Counted from the first letter of the stretch, positions 36,110-46,614 are shown. The stretch: 54,418 nucleotides of DNA from Candidatus Aminicenantes bacterium (GCA_026393795.1 JAPKZL010000284.1:1-54418), one strand, 5' to 3'. A program made the numbers and translations. The notes: generated by a model from the sequence alone, not told the origin.

Positions 36110-36596
36110 AAAAAACATGGCGGTTTATCCGGGATCGTACGACCCCTTGACCAACGGGCATATTGACATCATCGAACGCGGCCTGAAGATCTTTGAAAAG
36201 ATCGTCGTGGCGGTCCTGAAAAACCCGGCCAAGACCTATCTGTTCAATCTCGAGGAAAGGTGCGGGATCGTGCGTGACGTTTTCAAGGACGAGTCAAGGA
36301 TCGAGATCGCCCATTTCGAGGGGCTGCTGGTCGATTTTGTCAAGGAGCGGGGCATCACGACCATCGTCCGCGGTTTGCGGGCCATTTCCGATTTCGAGAT
36401 CGAGTTCCAAATGGCCCTGATGAACCGCAAGATTGAACCGCGCATCGAGACGATATTTTTCGTCCCCTCGGAAACCTATTCCTTTTTGAGCTCCAAGCTG
36501 GTCAAGGAGATTTACCTGCTGGGCGGCGAGGTACCCTCCATGCTGCCGGCGATCGTCGACCGCAAGCTGAAGGAGAGGTACCGCCCCGGTTCGTAA
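36102..36596 (+). CDS. coaD: phosphopantetheine adenylyltransferase
   Basis: AVYPGSYDPLTNGHIDII and ISDFEIEFQMALMN. Confidence 0.95.
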   Translation: MSKKNMAVYPGSYDPLTNGHIDIIERGLKIFEKIVVAVLKNPAKTYLFNLEERCGIVRDVFKDESRIEIAHFEGLLVDFVKERGITTIVRGLRAISDFEIEFQMALMNRKIEPRIETIFFVPSETYSFLSSKLVKEIYLLGGEVPSMLPAIVDRKLKERYRPGS

Positions 36597-36614
36597 AGCG
36601 CGTCCCGTCCGCGC

Positions 36615-37949
36615 TCAGTGCAAAAAAGGCAGGATGCTTTTCCAGCCGTTGGGCAGGGTCTTGGCGATATCGTTCAGGATGACGAAGCCCATCAGTACGA
36701 TCAGGAAGGAAAAACCGATATAGATCAACACGGTTTTCAGCTTCTGGTTCAGATCGCGGCGGATGATCGCTTCGACGACGAAGATAAGCAGGTGGCCGCC
36801 GTCAAGGCCAGGAATGGGAAAGAGATTGACGATTCCCAGCTGCAGGGAAATGAAGGCGATGAGCATGAAAAAATTACTGAAGCCGCTTATCAGCATCTGC
36901 TGGGAGACGCGGGCGATCTCGATTGGTCCGGAAAGATTTTTAACCGAAATTTTACGCTGGATAATCTTTTTAAAAGCGTTGAAGGTCAGGAGCGTCAGTC
37001 GGCCGGCTTCCTGGAAACTGTTTTGTATGGCGGCGATCAAGCCGTAGCGGATTTGCGTGGTAGCGATTTTGGCGTTGAAGCCGATGAGGCCAACGCCGCT
37101 TTCATCCACCGGTGCGAGTTGGCAGAAAAGAGTGCGTCCGCCCCGGGTGTAGGTCAAATGCAGCATTTTTCCAGGCGCCTGGTGGATGATGTCGGCCAGT
37201 TCGAAATAATTGCTTATCGGCTGGCCATCGATCGCGGTGATGATGTCGCCGGGCTGCAAGCCCGCTTTGGCGGCCGGGTAGTTTTTGATGAGCTGGCCAA
37301 TTTCGGCTGGCAACTGCCAGTAAAATCCGGCATAACCGATTTCATAGCGGCTGCTGCTGGCAACGTTCAGGCTGGTGGTCAACGGCTTGCCCAGGCGCGA
37401 AAAATCGATCTTCAGGCTTTCCTTGGGATTGGTGCCAATGGTGATTTCGACTTCCTTCCAATTGACTGTTTTTCTGCTGTTGATGGCCAGCAGCGTATCG
37501 CCGGGCAGCAAACCCGCTTTTTCCGCCGGCGAACCCTTCTCAATATAGCCGATGACGGGTTGTTGCAGTTTGTAGGCATCGATTTTCACCCCGCCCAGGT
37601 TGACGAGGAAGATCAGCAGCAGGGCGAGCACCACGTTCATGGTCGGGCCCATCAGCAGGGTGAAAATCTTCTGCGCCCGGTTCTTGGCCAGAAATTCGTC
37701 CGGCTTCGGATTTTTTGGGTCGAATTCCTCCTCGCCGGCCATGCGCACGTAGCCGCCCAGGGGAAACAGGCTGAGGCGGAAATCGGTTTCGCCCACTTTT
37801 TTACCCAGGAGCCGCTTGCCGAAGCCGAATGAAAATACCTCCACCCGGATCTTCATCAGCCGGGCGGCGACGTAGTGGCCGAATTCATGGACCAGAACGA
37901 TGATGCCCAGCACGAACAGGAATGTCAAAATTTGATAGAGAACGTTCAT
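36615..37949 (-). CDS. rseP: RIP metalloprotease RseP (M50 with PDZ domains)
   Basis: HEFGHYVAAR, two PDZ-like segments, NLFPIPGLDGGH. ATGA overlap with dxr. Confidence 0.9.
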   Translation of the reverse strand: MNVLYQILTFLFVLGIIVLVHEFGHYVAARLMKIRVEVFSFGFGKRLLGKKVGETDFRLSLFPLGGYVRMAGEEEFDPKNPKPDEFLAKNRAQKIFTLLMGPTMNVVLALLLIFLVNLGGVKIDAYKLQQPVIGYIEKGSPAEKAGLLPGDTLLAINSRKTVNWKEVEITIGTNPKESLKIDFSRLGKPLTTSLNVASSSRYEIGYAGFYWQLPAEIGQLIKNYPAAKAGLQPGDIITAIDGQPISNYFELADIIHQAPGKMLHLTYTRGGRTLFCQLAPVDESGVGLIGFNAKIATTQIRYGLIAAIQNSFQEAGRLTLLTFNAFKKIIQRKISVKNLSGPIEIARVSQQMLISGFSNFFMLIAFISLQLGIVNLFPIPGLDGGHLLIFVVEAIIRRDLNQKLKTVLIYIGFSFLIVLMGFVILNDIAKTLPNGWKSILPFLH

Positions 37950-39112
37950 TTCATTACCTCGGTTTCGATGTGTTCGACGGTTTTGAGCCGGGCCCGGGAG
38001 ATCGTCTCCTGGATGTCGGCAAGGGTTTGCGCCGGCCGGAAATCCCATCCTTCCAGCATATGGCCGACCACGGAGAAGATTTGGGCAAACGAGATCCTGC
38101 CGGCCAGAAAATACTCCACGGCCGTTTCGTTGGCTGAGTTGAACACGGCTCCGGCATCCTGTCCCTGCGTGAGCACATCGTAGGCCAGGGCGATGGATGG
38201 GAAGCGGCGCCGGTCGACTTTAAAAAATTCAAGCGGCGGTATCCGCGTCAAATCCAAATCAGGCCAATGGCCGTCAATGCGGCCGGGATGACTGAGGGAG
38301 TAGAGAATCGGCAATTTCATGTCGGGAACTCCCAGCTGGGCCAGGACGGCGGAGTCCACGAATTCGACCATGGAATGGACGATGCTCTGGGGATGGATCA
38401 GGACCTCGATCTGCTCCGGGGGCAATTTGAACAGGTGGTGGGCTTCAATGATCTCCAGGGCTTTGTTCATTAGGGTGGCCGAATCGATGCTGATCTTCTT
38501 TCCCATGGACCAGGTGGGATGGGCCAGGGCCTCCTCCACCCCGATGGCGGCAAAATCCCTTCGCCCGTCCCTGAAAAACGGTCCGCCCGAAGCGGTCAGG
38601 ATCACCCGGCGCACGTGCTCGCGCGGGCGCGAGGCCAGGCATTGGAAGATGGCGCTCTGCTCGCTGTCGATGGGGATGATTTCCGCACGCGAGGCGTTCA
38701 GCTCGCGGTTGATCAGTTCTCCGGCCACCACCAGGGTTTCCTTGTTGGCTAGGCAGAGCCTCATGTTCAGGCGGATGGCCTGCAGCGTTGCCGCCAGGGC
38801 GGTCGTGCCGGTGACGGCGGCGACCACGTAATCGATTCCCGGTTGGGAAACGATTTCAAGCAGCCCTTCCTCGCCAAAAAAGATTTTTTTGCCGGGATGT
38901 TGTTCGCTCAGTTCCAGGGCGTGTTTCTTGGATTTGACGCAGAGCAGCGGCGGATCGAACTCGGCGACCTGCTGGCCGAGCAATTGGCTGTTGGCGCCCG
39001 CCGCCAGCCCGAGCAGGCGGAAAAATTGCCTGTTTTCGCGCAGAACGGCCAGGGTGTTACGTCCGATCGAACCGGTGGATCCAAGCAGCACGATGTTTTT
39101 TACCATGCGCAT
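37946..39112 (-). CDS. dxr: 1-deoxy-D-xylulose-5-phosphate reductoisomerase
   Basis: LLGSTGSIGRNTL, LANKETLV, HPTWSMG. Confidence 0.95.
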   Translation of the reverse strand: MRMVKNIVLLGSTGSIGRNTLAVLRENRQFFRLLGLAAGANSQLLGQQVAEFDPPLLCVKSKKHALELSEQHPGKKIFFGEEGLLEIVSQPGIDYVVAAVTGTTALAATLQAIRLNMRLCLANKETLVVAGELINRELNASRAEIIPIDSEQSAIFQCLASRPREHVRRVILTASGGPFFRDGRRDFAAIGVEEALAHPTWSMGKKISIDSATLMNKALEIIEAHHLFKLPPEQIEVLIHPQSIVHSMVEFVDSAVLAQLGVPDMKLPILYSLSHPGRIDGHWPDLDLTRIPPLEFFKVDRRRFPSIALAYDVLTQGQDAGAVFNSANETAVEYFLAGRISFAQIFSVVGHMLEGWDFRPAQTLADIQETISRARLKTVEHIETEVMK

Positions 39113-39148
39113 ACGACGGGCTCTCCGTCGAAAAAAGATGCCATGTGC

Positions 39149-39949
39149 TTATTTCCAGAAATAGGCGATCAGGTAAAACAGCAGCGGGGCGCAGAATATG
39201 TAGCTGTCCACCCGGTCCAGGACCCCGCCGTGTCCCGGCAGCAGCGTGCCCGAATCCTTCTGCCCCGCGGCCCGTTTGAACAGGGATTCCACCGGGTCGG
39301 AGAGCTGCGAAAAAAGCCCGATGACGGCGGCGCTGAGCATGGCGGTCAAAAGCTTCACCGGCACGGGGAACAAAAGGAGCGACAGCCAGCCGCTCAGGGC
39401 GGCGGTCAGCACGGCGGCGATGAGCCCCTCGAGCGATTTCTTGGGGGAGGCGATGGGGTAGATCTTGTGCTTGCCGAAGGCGCTGCCGACAAAGTATGCT
39501 CCCGAATCACCGATGGCGATGACCAGGATCAGGAAAAAAAGGAAATTGGCGCCCAATTTCTTCAATTCCAGCAGAAAATAGAGAGGAATGTACAAGTAAA
39601 ACACGCTGAGGCAATGGATGCCGATGTCCCTGACAAACGATTCGAGCTGCGTTTTTTCCTTGATGGAAAAAAGAAAGAACAGGCCGCTGGCGATCACGAT
39701 CACGGTCAGTGCCTGGATTAGGCTGATCTGTTTAACGGTAAAGGCCAGGGCGATCAGGAGGCCGTTGAAAAATATCAATGGCCAGGAAAACATCCGCGGC
39801 CGGGTCAGGCGGACCAATTCAACCACCGCCAAGCTGATCAGCAGGTAGAGGAGTGCCGAAAAATAGACCGTCGGCAGGAAACGGATGGCACAGTAGGCAA
39901 AAACGATCAGCACGGCCGTGGTCGGCAGGCGTTTGCTTAAATCGTTCAT
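39149..39949 (-). CDS. cdsA: phosphatidate cytidylyltransferase
   Basis: Multi-TM protein with the C-terminal signature SLFKRAAGQKDSGTLLPGHGGVLDRVDS. Confidence 0.9.
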   Translation of the reverse strand: MNDLSKRLPTTAVLIVFAYCAIRFLPTVYFSALLYLLISLAVVELVRLTRPRMFSWPLIFFNGLLIALAFTVKQISLIQALTVIVIASGLFFLFSIKEKTQLESFVRDIGIHCLSVFYLYIPLYFLLELKKLGANFLFFLILVIAIGDSGAYFVGSAFGKHKIYPIASPKKSLEGLIAAVLTAALSGWLSLLLFPVPVKLLTAMLSAAVIGLFSQLSDPVESLFKRAAGQKDSGTLLPGHGGVLDRVDSYIFCAPLLFYLIAYFWK

Positions 39950-40704
39950 AGTTTTCCGAATCTCCTGTCGCGGTCCTGGAAATCGATGATGGCTTCAAAT
40001 AAATCAACCACCTTGAAGTCCGGCCATAAAACCGGGGTAAAGTACAACTCGCTGTAGGCGATCTGATAGAGGAGAAAATTGGATATCCTCAACTCGCCCG
40101 AAGTCCGGATCAGCAGATCGGGATCGGGGCAGCGGGCCGTGTCCAGGAAATTGGCGAAGGTTTTTTCATTGATACGGGAAGCGGGGAAACCTTGGGCGAT
40201 GATTTGCCTGACGGCATGGACGATTTCGGCTCGGGCTCCGTAATTGAGAGCCAGATTGACCTGCATACCGCGGTTTTTTTGCGATTGCCGCTCGGTTTCC
40301 TCCAGTTTTTCCCGCAATTTGCCGGGCAGCTTGTCGATCATACCGAATATTCTTAATTTGATGCTGTTTTTTTCCAGTAAATCCTTTTGCTTGAGCAGGT
40401 TTTCATAGAGCATGTTCATCAGGAAGCGGATTTCGCCGGCCGGCCTTTTCCAGTTTTCACTGGAGAAAGTAAAAAGGGTCAGAAACTTAATGCCCAAGCG
40501 GGCGGCCATTTCAGTGATGGTCCTGGCGGTTTCGGCGCCGGCGCTGTGCCCGGCCGTCCGGGGCAACTTTTTTTGCCTGGCCCAGCGCCCGTTGCCGTCC
40601 ATGATGATCGCCACGTGCCGCGGCAAGCGCTTTTCATCGAGCCGGTCCAGCAGGGAAAATTCGACGCTTTCTTTGGGATACAGGGAGCGCACATGGTCGA
40701 ACAT
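39946..40704 (-). CDS. uppS: di-trans,poly-cis-undecaprenyl-diphosphate synthase
   Basis: HVAIIMDGNGRWA, FSSENWKRP, IRTSGELRISNFLLYQ. Confidence 0.95.
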   Translation of the reverse strand: MFDHVRSLYPKESVEFSLLDRLDEKRLPRHVAIIMDGNGRWARQKKLPRTAGHSAGAETARTITEMAARLGIKFLTLFTFSSENWKRPAGEIRFLMNMLYENLLKQKDLLEKNSIKLRIFGMIDKLPGKLREKLEETERQSQKNRGMQVNLALNYGARAEIVHAVRQIIAQGFPASRINEKTFANFLDTARCPDPDLLIRTSGELRISNFLLYQIAYSELYFTPVLWPDFKVVDLFEAIIDFQDRDRRFGKL

Positions 40705-40710
40705 TCATGA

Positions 40711-40739
40711 ATTATATTTTTTCCCCGCTACTTTGTCAA
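40711..40739 (-). promoter_or_regulatory. sigma70-like promoter TTGACA-17-TATAAT, 6 nt before the uppS ATG (leaderless)
   Basis: -35 at 40734-40739, -10 at 40711-40716, ATG at 40704-40702. Confidence 0.55.
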
Positions 40740-40789
40740 ATTCAGTTTGGGAAAGCCGATTTTCATTTCCGACTGTGCTCCAAGCCGCA

Positions 40790-40818
40790 TTGAAATCGCG
40801 GTGGGAGTGGTATATAAT
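40790..40818 (+). promoter_or_regulatory. sigma70-like promoter TTGAAA-17-TATAAT, 8 nt before the ATG at 40827 (leaderless)
   Basis: -35 at 40790-40795, -10 at 40813-40818. Confidence 0.5.
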
Positions 40819-40826
40819 ATCCGCGG

Positions 40827-41825
40827 ATGAACAAAAAATGGGTTTTTATTGTCGTTTTCACCGCTTTCTTAAGCCAATGCAAGAATTCCGCCCCCCACGA
40901 TAAAGCCAAGCAGGCTGCCGACCAAGCCGCGGCCGTGGAAAAGAAAGTCATCCTGAGCGTCGGTTTCACTTCCCTCACCAACCGCGATCTGAAAAATTTC
41001 ATCCAGTTGCAATACGCCGATGCCTTTTCCCAGAAAGACAATGACAAGCTGCTTTCCCGTCTGTTCGATGTTTTTTGCGAGCAACGGATCATCTTGTTCA
41101 AGGCCGAGCAGGCTGGTGTTCAGGTCAGCGAAAGCGAAGTGGCTGATTACCTTAAAGAGATCCGCTCCCGGCGCCAGGATCTGAATGTGGATGCGCCGAC
41201 GATCCGCGATGTGCTCAAGGTGCAGAAGTATCTGCTGGCCAGCGCCTACAAGAACGTGGCGGTCAGCGATGCACAGGTGGCGCAGTTTTATGAATCCCAT
41301 TTGAGCGATTTTCGCCGCAGCGAGGAGATTCGGCTTTTTCAGATCATGGTCAAGGATCGCGAGCAATTGCTGAAAATCCGCCAGGAGCTCCTGAATCAGC
41401 CGTCGCGCTTCGAGGAGGTCGCCCGGAGCGAATCGATCTCCCCCGAGGCGGCCAACGGCGGCGCCATGGGTTTGTTTGAAAAAGGGATGCTGCCCCAGGA
41501 GATGGAGGGGGTGGTTTTTTCGCTGAAGGTAAACGAGATCAGTCCGATCGTCGAATCGCCCTATGGCTTCCATCTGTTCAAGATCACCCAGAAGAGAAAG
41601 GCCAGGATGCTGCTGCTGGACGCGGTCAAGGATGAAATCAAGAGCAGGATGCTTTCGGCCCGACTGGCGGATGCCTACCAGGATTTTTTAGCCGAGCTGA
41701 AAATTGAAATTTCGCTGCAGGTGCATTACGACAACCTGTACTTTTCCTATATAAAATCTGATTCCGGAGTGAGCCAAAATGAAGCTAAAAATTTTTCTGA
41801 CGACGATCCTGGTCCTGGCAATTAA
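40827..41825 (+). CDS. parvulin-type peptidyl-prolyl isomerase lipoprotein (SurA/PrsA-like)
   Basis: Lipobox FLSQC. PpiC domain NGGAMGLFEKGMLPQEMEG...SPYGFHLFKI. Confidence 0.75.
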   Translation: MNKKWVFIVVFTAFLSQCKNSAPHDKAKQAADQAAAVEKKVILSVGFTSLTNRDLKNFIQLQYADAFSQKDNDKLLSRLFDVFCEQRIILFKAEQAGVQVSESEVADYLKEIRSRRQDLNVDAPTIRDVLKVQKYLLASAYKNVAVSDAQVAQFYESHLSDFRRSEEIRLFQIMVKDREQLLKIRQELLNQPSRFEEVARSESISPEAANGGAMGLFEKGMLPQEMEGVVFSLKVNEISPIVESPYGFHLFKITQKRKARMLLLDAVKDEIKSRMLSARLADAYQDFLAELKIEISLQVHYDNLYFSYIKSDSGVSQNEAKNFSDDDPGPGN

Positions 41826-42735
41826 TCGGGGTTTCGCGGCAACGGACACGGTCGAGGAAATATACGCCATTGTCAATGACGAAGTCATCACCGGCAGCGA
41901 ACTGAGGAAATTCGAAACGGAAATGATGCGCGCCCTGCAGTCGCAAATGCAGGGAGAACAGCTGGCCGAGGCGACGCGGGAAATGAAAAAGGACCTGCTG
42001 AACCGGTTCATCGAACAGAAACTGCTGTTGTCCAAAATAAAGGAAAAAAACTACAACGTTGACAGCGATGTGGAAATGATCATCCAGGACATCAAGAAAC
42101 AGTACCAATTCGCCACCGACGACGACTTGAAAAACGCGCTGCAGGCGGAAGGGATCGAATTCGGTGCCTGGAAGGAGCAGTGGCGGGAACGGCGCAAGCA
42201 GGAGCGGCTGGTCGGGGAGGAAGTGGGAGCCAAGATCAAGGTGGACAATCCGCAGATCATGGAGTACTACCGTACCCATCCCGAAGAATTCACCACCCCC
42301 GCCGAGATCACCTTGAATGCCATTTTCTTGAAAAAGAATGTGAATGAACCTAAGCCGCAGGAAAAAATGGACCAGATCGCGACCGAGCTGAAGCCGGAGC
42401 TCTTCGAACAAACGGCTAAGAAATATTCGGAACTGCCCGACGCCGCCAATTCCGTTCTCCTGGGCAAATTCAAGAAAGGCGAACTGGACAAGACCCTCGA
42501 GGAGGCGGCGCTGAAGCTGAAAAAGGATGAATATTCCGGTTGGATCGAAACCGACAACGGCTGGTACATCATTCAGCTCGCCGATTTCAGCCCCGACCGC
42601 CTGATGGAAGTCAAGGATGTCCGCGACGAGATCATCCGCAAGCGGCGCGAGGAGATACAGCAGGTCAAGCTGAAAGAATACATCGAGCAATTGAAGAAGG
42701 AAAGTTTCATCAAGATCGTGAAGGAATACCAGTAG
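41779..42735 (+). CDS. SurA-N-domain / parvulin-like periplasmic chaperone
   Basis: Signal peptide, IVNDEVITGSEL SurA-N start, degenerate PpiC domain ending WYIIQL. Confidence 0.7.
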   Translation: MKLKIFLTTILVLAINRGFAATDTVEEIYAIVNDEVITGSELRKFETEMMRALQSQMQGEQLAEATREMKKDLLNRFIEQKLLLSKIKEKNYNVDSDVEMIIQDIKKQYQFATDDDLKNALQAEGIEFGAWKEQWRERRKQERLVGEEVGAKIKVDNPQIMEYYRTHPEEFTTPAEITLNAIFLKKNVNEPKPQEKMDQIATELKPELFEQTAKKYSELPDAANSVLLGKFKKGELDKTLEEAALKLKKDEYSGWIETDNGWYIIQLADFSPDRLMEVKDVRDEIIRKRREEIQQVKLKEYIEQLKKESFIKIVKEYQ

Positions 42736-42777
42736 ATTTTTCGTTTTTAAAACCGCAAGGTTCCGGATCCGCTGCGA

Positions 42778-43506
42778 TCAGAAGGGGACGCCCGCGCCGG
42801 CGAGCGTTTTTTTCTGCAAGGCGATGATTTCCCTGTTTTTTTCGATGCCCAGGGCCAGGGCTTGCTGAAAAAGGTCGAGCGCCAGCGGGCTTTTTTCGCA
42901 AAATGACTGGACCTCGATCAGGGACCCGTCCTCCCGGGATACGATATTGATGTCGCTGTCGGTTAACGAATCCTCTTCGTAGTCCAGGTCGGCTAGGATT
43001 TCCCTTTCACGGACGCCGACGGAAACGGCCGCCATGAAATGGAAAACGGGGAAGTCGGCAATCAGTTGCTCGTAGACCATGTACTTGAGCGCCAGGACCA
43101 AGGCCAGAAAACCGGCATTAAGCGACGCGCAGCGGGTGCTGCCGTCGGCCTGGATCACGTCGGCGTCGACGGTGATGGTGCGGCCGCCGATCTCCTTCAA
43201 ATCGGTGACCATGCGCAGAGCCCGGCTGATGAAGCGCTGGATTTCCCCGCTGCGGTTATTGATTTTCCCCCGTTCGCGGGCGATGCGCTGATTGCCCGAG
43301 GAACCCGGCAGCATGGAATATTCGGCCGTAATCCACCCCTGGCTGCTTTTTTTAAGGAAGTGGGGCGTTTTTTCCTCGATGGTGGCCGTGGCGACCACTC
43401 GGGTGTTCCCTTGCTCGCACAGCGCCGAACCGGGGACCTTGGTGATGTACCCGGGAATGAAGGCGATGGGCCGCAGCTGCCGCCCCGATCGTTCGTTGGC
43501 TCTCAT
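42778..43506 (-). CDS. rph: ribonuclease PH
   Basis: GSALCEQGNTRV, ITAEYSMLPGS, DADVIQADGSTR. Confidence 0.95.
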   Translation of the reverse strand: MRANERSGRQLRPIAFIPGYITKVPGSALCEQGNTRVVATATIEEKTPHFLKKSSQGWITAEYSMLPGSSGNQRIARERGKINNRSGEIQRFISRALRMVTDLKEIGGRTITVDADVIQADGSTRCASLNAGFLALVLALKYMVYEQLIADFPVFHFMAAVSVGVREREILADLDYEEDSLTDSDINIVSREDGSLIEVQSFCEKSPLALDLFQQALALGIEKNREIIALQKKTLAGAGVPF

Positions 43507-44441
43507 TTCGTTGCTCCTTGCGGCCTGGTTTTCCAGCGGTCATGAAACCAGAGCCATTGTTCGGGGAATTTTTTGATCTGCGCCTCGATCAGCCCGGTCA
43601 TCTGCTGGGTCAATTCCAGCAAGCCGTCCGACCCGTCGGCAGCGGCGCGAAAATCGATTTCGGGCAGGACATCGAGAATGATCTCGTCCCCATCGTAGTG
43701 CAGAAAAACAGGAACGACCGGGATGTTTTTTTTCAGATACAATTGCGCCACGGCGGTGTTGGTGCTGGCTTTGCGGGCGAAGAAATCGACAAAAACCCCC
43801 TCCCGCGGCACGGTGTTCTGGTCGATCAGCAGGTAAACGATCTGGTTGTCTCCCAAGCGGGTGAGAATGGTCCGCAGCGAGCCCTTTTTGTAGATTATTT
43901 TCGAGCCCATGGCTTCGCGGAATGCCCTGACTTTCTTTTCCAGGCAGGGGTTGTCCATGGGGCGGGCGATGCTGTGGATGTCGCACCCCAGGTGGGTGTG
44001 CAGGATCAGCGGGATCCATTCCCAGTTTCCGAAATGGGCGGAAAAGACGACCAGACCGCGTTTTTTTTGCAACGCCCGTTCGATCACCTCGGGATGGAGG
44101 ATGCGGCTGCGGGACAATACGGCCTGCGGATCGCAGCGGGCGAAGGTCCGGGCGATTTCCACGAACATGCGGCCGAAATGGCGATAGATTTTTTTCTGCA
44201 GGTCGGCAAGCGATTCGGCCGAAGCCGCGGGAAAAGCGGCGGCCAGGTTTTCCGCGATCAGCCGCGCATGCTTACGGCTGCCCTTTTTCAAAAAAAAAAC
44301 AAGCGCGCGGCTCCAGCCGGCGACGCACCAGGCCGGCGAATATTTAATCAAAAAGATCACGGCAACGAATAGCGAGTACTCCAGGCGGTGCTTAAAGGAA
44401 ATTTTTTTCCGCAGCATGCTGAATGATCTGTTCGATGACAT
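43503..44441 (-). CDS. lipid A biosynthesis (LpxL/HtrB-family) lysophospholipid acyltransferase
   Basis: SAHFGNWEW (HX4D-type region) with family-typical length and an N-terminal TM helix. ATGA overlap with rph. Confidence 0.75.
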   Translation of the reverse strand: MSSNRSFSMLRKKISFKHRLEYSLFVAVIFLIKYSPAWCVAGWSRALVFFLKKGSRKHARLIAENLAAAFPAASAESLADLQKKIYRHFGRMFVEIARTFARCDPQAVLSRSRILHPEVIERALQKKRGLVVFSAHFGNWEWIPLILHTHLGCDIHSIARPMDNPCLEKKVRAFREAMGSKIIYKKGSLRTILTRLGDNQIVYLLIDQNTVPREGVFVDFFARKASTNTAVAQLYLKKNIPVVPVFLHYDGDEIILDVLPEIDFRAAADGSDGLLELTQQMTGLIEAQIKKFPEQWLWFHDRWKTRPQGATK

Positions 44442-45369
44442 GGCCAGGCAATTCTATCCTATTTCGGGCATAGATGAAAGGGGAAGCGGCGTCGAGGAGA
44501 TGGCTTATTTTGCAGAAATCCTTTTCGGTGCAGACGATCCAGGCCGCGCCTTTCTCGCGGCGCAGTTTTTCCAGGGAGTGCACGTCGGCCGGAGAGAAGG
44601 CATGGTGATCCGGGAATCCCCGGAACGCCCGCAAACGGTAATGCCCCATGTCTCTTTTGAAGCGCTCGTTGTCGCCCAGCGCCGCAAAGGCGACGATCTC
44701 TGCATTGCCGATGTTCACCGGCCGATCTCGGCCATCAAGGAAACCTTCAATGGCGAAGTCATACGTCCATGGGGACGGGAGTGCTTCTCCCGCTCCGCTT
44801 CGCTGCTGGTAGTGCAGCACCAGGTTCTCGCCCCGGGCCAGGAACTTGAAGTGGCGCAGGAAAAAATAGGGGTGGCCGGGGTTGACCAGCATGATGCTGA
44901 AATCCTTCCTGACCTGGCTGGTCTGCAGGCCGTCATCGAGGATGATGAAGCGGTTGTTCCTGGCCGCGACCGCGGCGATGGAGCGCATCCGGTCGCGGCC
45001 GATTATGACGTCGTGGCCCGGGAAGCGTTTTTTTAGCAGCCAGGCCTCGTCCCCGACCTCTTCCAGCGAATGGGCCGCCTGGACCAGGGCGCCCTTGTTT
45101 TCAAGGGCGGAGCGGTAGCCGCGCAGGATGATGGCAAATGGGAGCGCCCTCTCGGCCAAAACCCGGCCGATGGCCATGACCAGAGGGGTTTTGCCGGTGC
45201 CGCCGAAGGACAGGTTGTCGACCGAGATGATGAACAGGCCGGGAAAATGCCTTGGCGCCAGGGCCTTGATTTTCAAATTGACCAGGGAAACGGTCTTGAA
45301 AAGGAGCGAGGCCAGGTTCAGCGCCGGGCGGCTCAGCCAATGAAGCGTTGAATTTGCTCTAAGGTGCAT
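44392..45369 (-). CDS. lpxK: tetraacyldisaccharide 4'-kinase
   Basis: VDNLSFGGTGKTP P-loop, ILRGY, ILDDGLQ. Confidence 0.85.
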   Translation of the reverse strand: MHLRANSTLHWLSRPALNLASLLFKTVSLVNLKIKALAPRHFPGLFIISVDNLSFGGTGKTPLVMAIGRVLAERALPFAIILRGYRSALENKGALVQAAHSLEEVGDEAWLLKKRFPGHDVIIGRDRMRSIAAVAARNNRFIILDDGLQTSQVRKDFSIMLVNPGHPYFFLRHFKFLARGENLVLHYQQRSGAGEALPSPWTYDFAIEGFLDGRDRPVNIGNAEIVAFAALGDNERFKRDMGHYRLRAFRGFPDHHAFSPADVHSLEKLRREKGAAWIVCTEKDFCKISHLLDAASPFIYARNRIELPGHVIEQIIQHAAEKNFL

Positions 45370-46580
45370 GCCAGGGATCCTTTTCTATGAGCAACGGCCT
45401 TCATGGCTTTCTCAGCGATCTGCTCCAGGTCGAGATCCTGGAGACGATCGGCGAAATCCACCAGTTCTTGGCTGTTGTTGACCTGGTGATACACTCCGGC
45501 TGCCTCCAATTCGTTGCCGATGTCGGGGAAATTGTTGTAATGGGGGCCGCCCAGGATCAATTTGCCCATGGCTGCCGGCTCGTACAGGTTGTGGCCGCCG
45601 ATTTTTGCGTCATGGGTGCCGCCCATGAAAACGATGTCGCTGATGCTCATGATCGGAAGCAGATAGCCCATGCGGTCGTAGATCAGGACCTGGATGTCTG
45701 GAGCCATGGGTTGCTGGCGGCTGAAAATGGCGTAGGTCAAACCGTGGCGCTCCAATTGGCGGGCGATGGCCCGAGCGCGCTGGACATGACGGGGGACGAT
45801 GATGAACAAAAAGTTCGCGTTCAAGCGCTCGATGGCGGGGATGACGATCTTTTCGCTGCCGTCATGGCTGCTGGCCAGGGTGATGATCTTTCTGGACAGG
45901 GAACCCAGGCCCAGGTGCGCCAGCACTTCCTGCCGGGACGGCAGTTGCCGCAAACTGCGGTCGGCCTCGTCGGCCTTGATGTTGCCGCAGACGACGATTT
46001 TTTCAGCGGGAATCCCCAGCTGCTGAAAACGCTTCTTGTAAATATTGTTTTGCACCAGAAAACAGTCGATCTGCCTGAAAAAACGCCACAGGAAAAAGTT
46101 GAAGAAGCGGTAGCGCCGGAACGCCGCTGCCGATATGCGGCCGTTGATCAGGAGCATGGGAATTTTTTTTCGGCGCAGCAGCGTGATCCAGTTCGGCCAG
46201 ATTTCGAGCTCGTTGAAAACGACCAGCTTGGGGTTGATGCGGCCGATGAAGCGTCTGACGGTGAAGGACAGATCCAGCGGCGAAAGGATGACGCGCAATC
46301 CCGGGTATTCCCTACGGGCGAATTCAAAGCCGCTCGGGGTGGTGACCGATAGCACGACCTCTTGTTTTTTTTCGCCCAAGCTCCGGATCAGCGACTTCAG
46401 GCTGCGCACTTCGCCCACCGAAACCGCGTGCAGCCAGACGGTCGGCCCGCTGCCGGCCGGCATTTGCGACCGCAACCTATCCTTGAGCAAACGGCGGTAC
46501 TTTTTTTTGAAAATGTACTTGACCCAGAAGGGGAATGTGCAAAGGAGGAGCAGCGCGTAGAGAAGGTCGAGAATGATCAT
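45333..46580 (-). CDS. waaA: 3-deoxy-D-manno-octulosonic acid (Kdo) transferase
   Basis: WLHAVSVGEV motif and a GT30-like body with an N-terminal TM helix. Confidence 0.9.
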   Translation of the reverse strand: MIILDLLYALLLLCTFPFWVKYIFKKKYRRLLKDRLRSQMPAGSGPTVWLHAVSVGEVRSLKSLIRSLGEKKQEVVLSVTTPSGFEFARREYPGLRVILSPLDLSFTVRRFIGRINPKLVVFNELEIWPNWITLLRRKKIPMLLINGRISAAAFRRYRFFNFFLWRFFRQIDCFLVQNNIYKKRFQQLGIPAEKIVVCGNIKADEADRSLRQLPSRQEVLAHLGLGSLSRKIITLASSHDGSEKIVIPAIERLNANFLFIIVPRHVQRARAIARQLERHGLTYAIFSRQQPMAPDIQVLIYDRMGYLLPIMSISDIVFMGGTHDAKIGGHNLYEPAAMGKLILGGPHYNNFPDIGNELEAAGVYHQVNNSQELVDFADRLQDLDLEQIAEKAMKAVAHRKGSLACTLEQIQRFIG

Positions 46581-46585
46581 AGCGC

Positions 46586-46614
46586 ATTATAGCATAGCCC
46601 CCGGACAGAGTCAC
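46586..46614 (-). promoter_or_regulatory. sigma70-like promoter GTGACT-17-TATAAT, 5 nt before the waaA ATG (leaderless)
   Basis: -35 at 46609-46614, -10 at 46586-46591, ATG at 46580-46578. Confidence 0.5.
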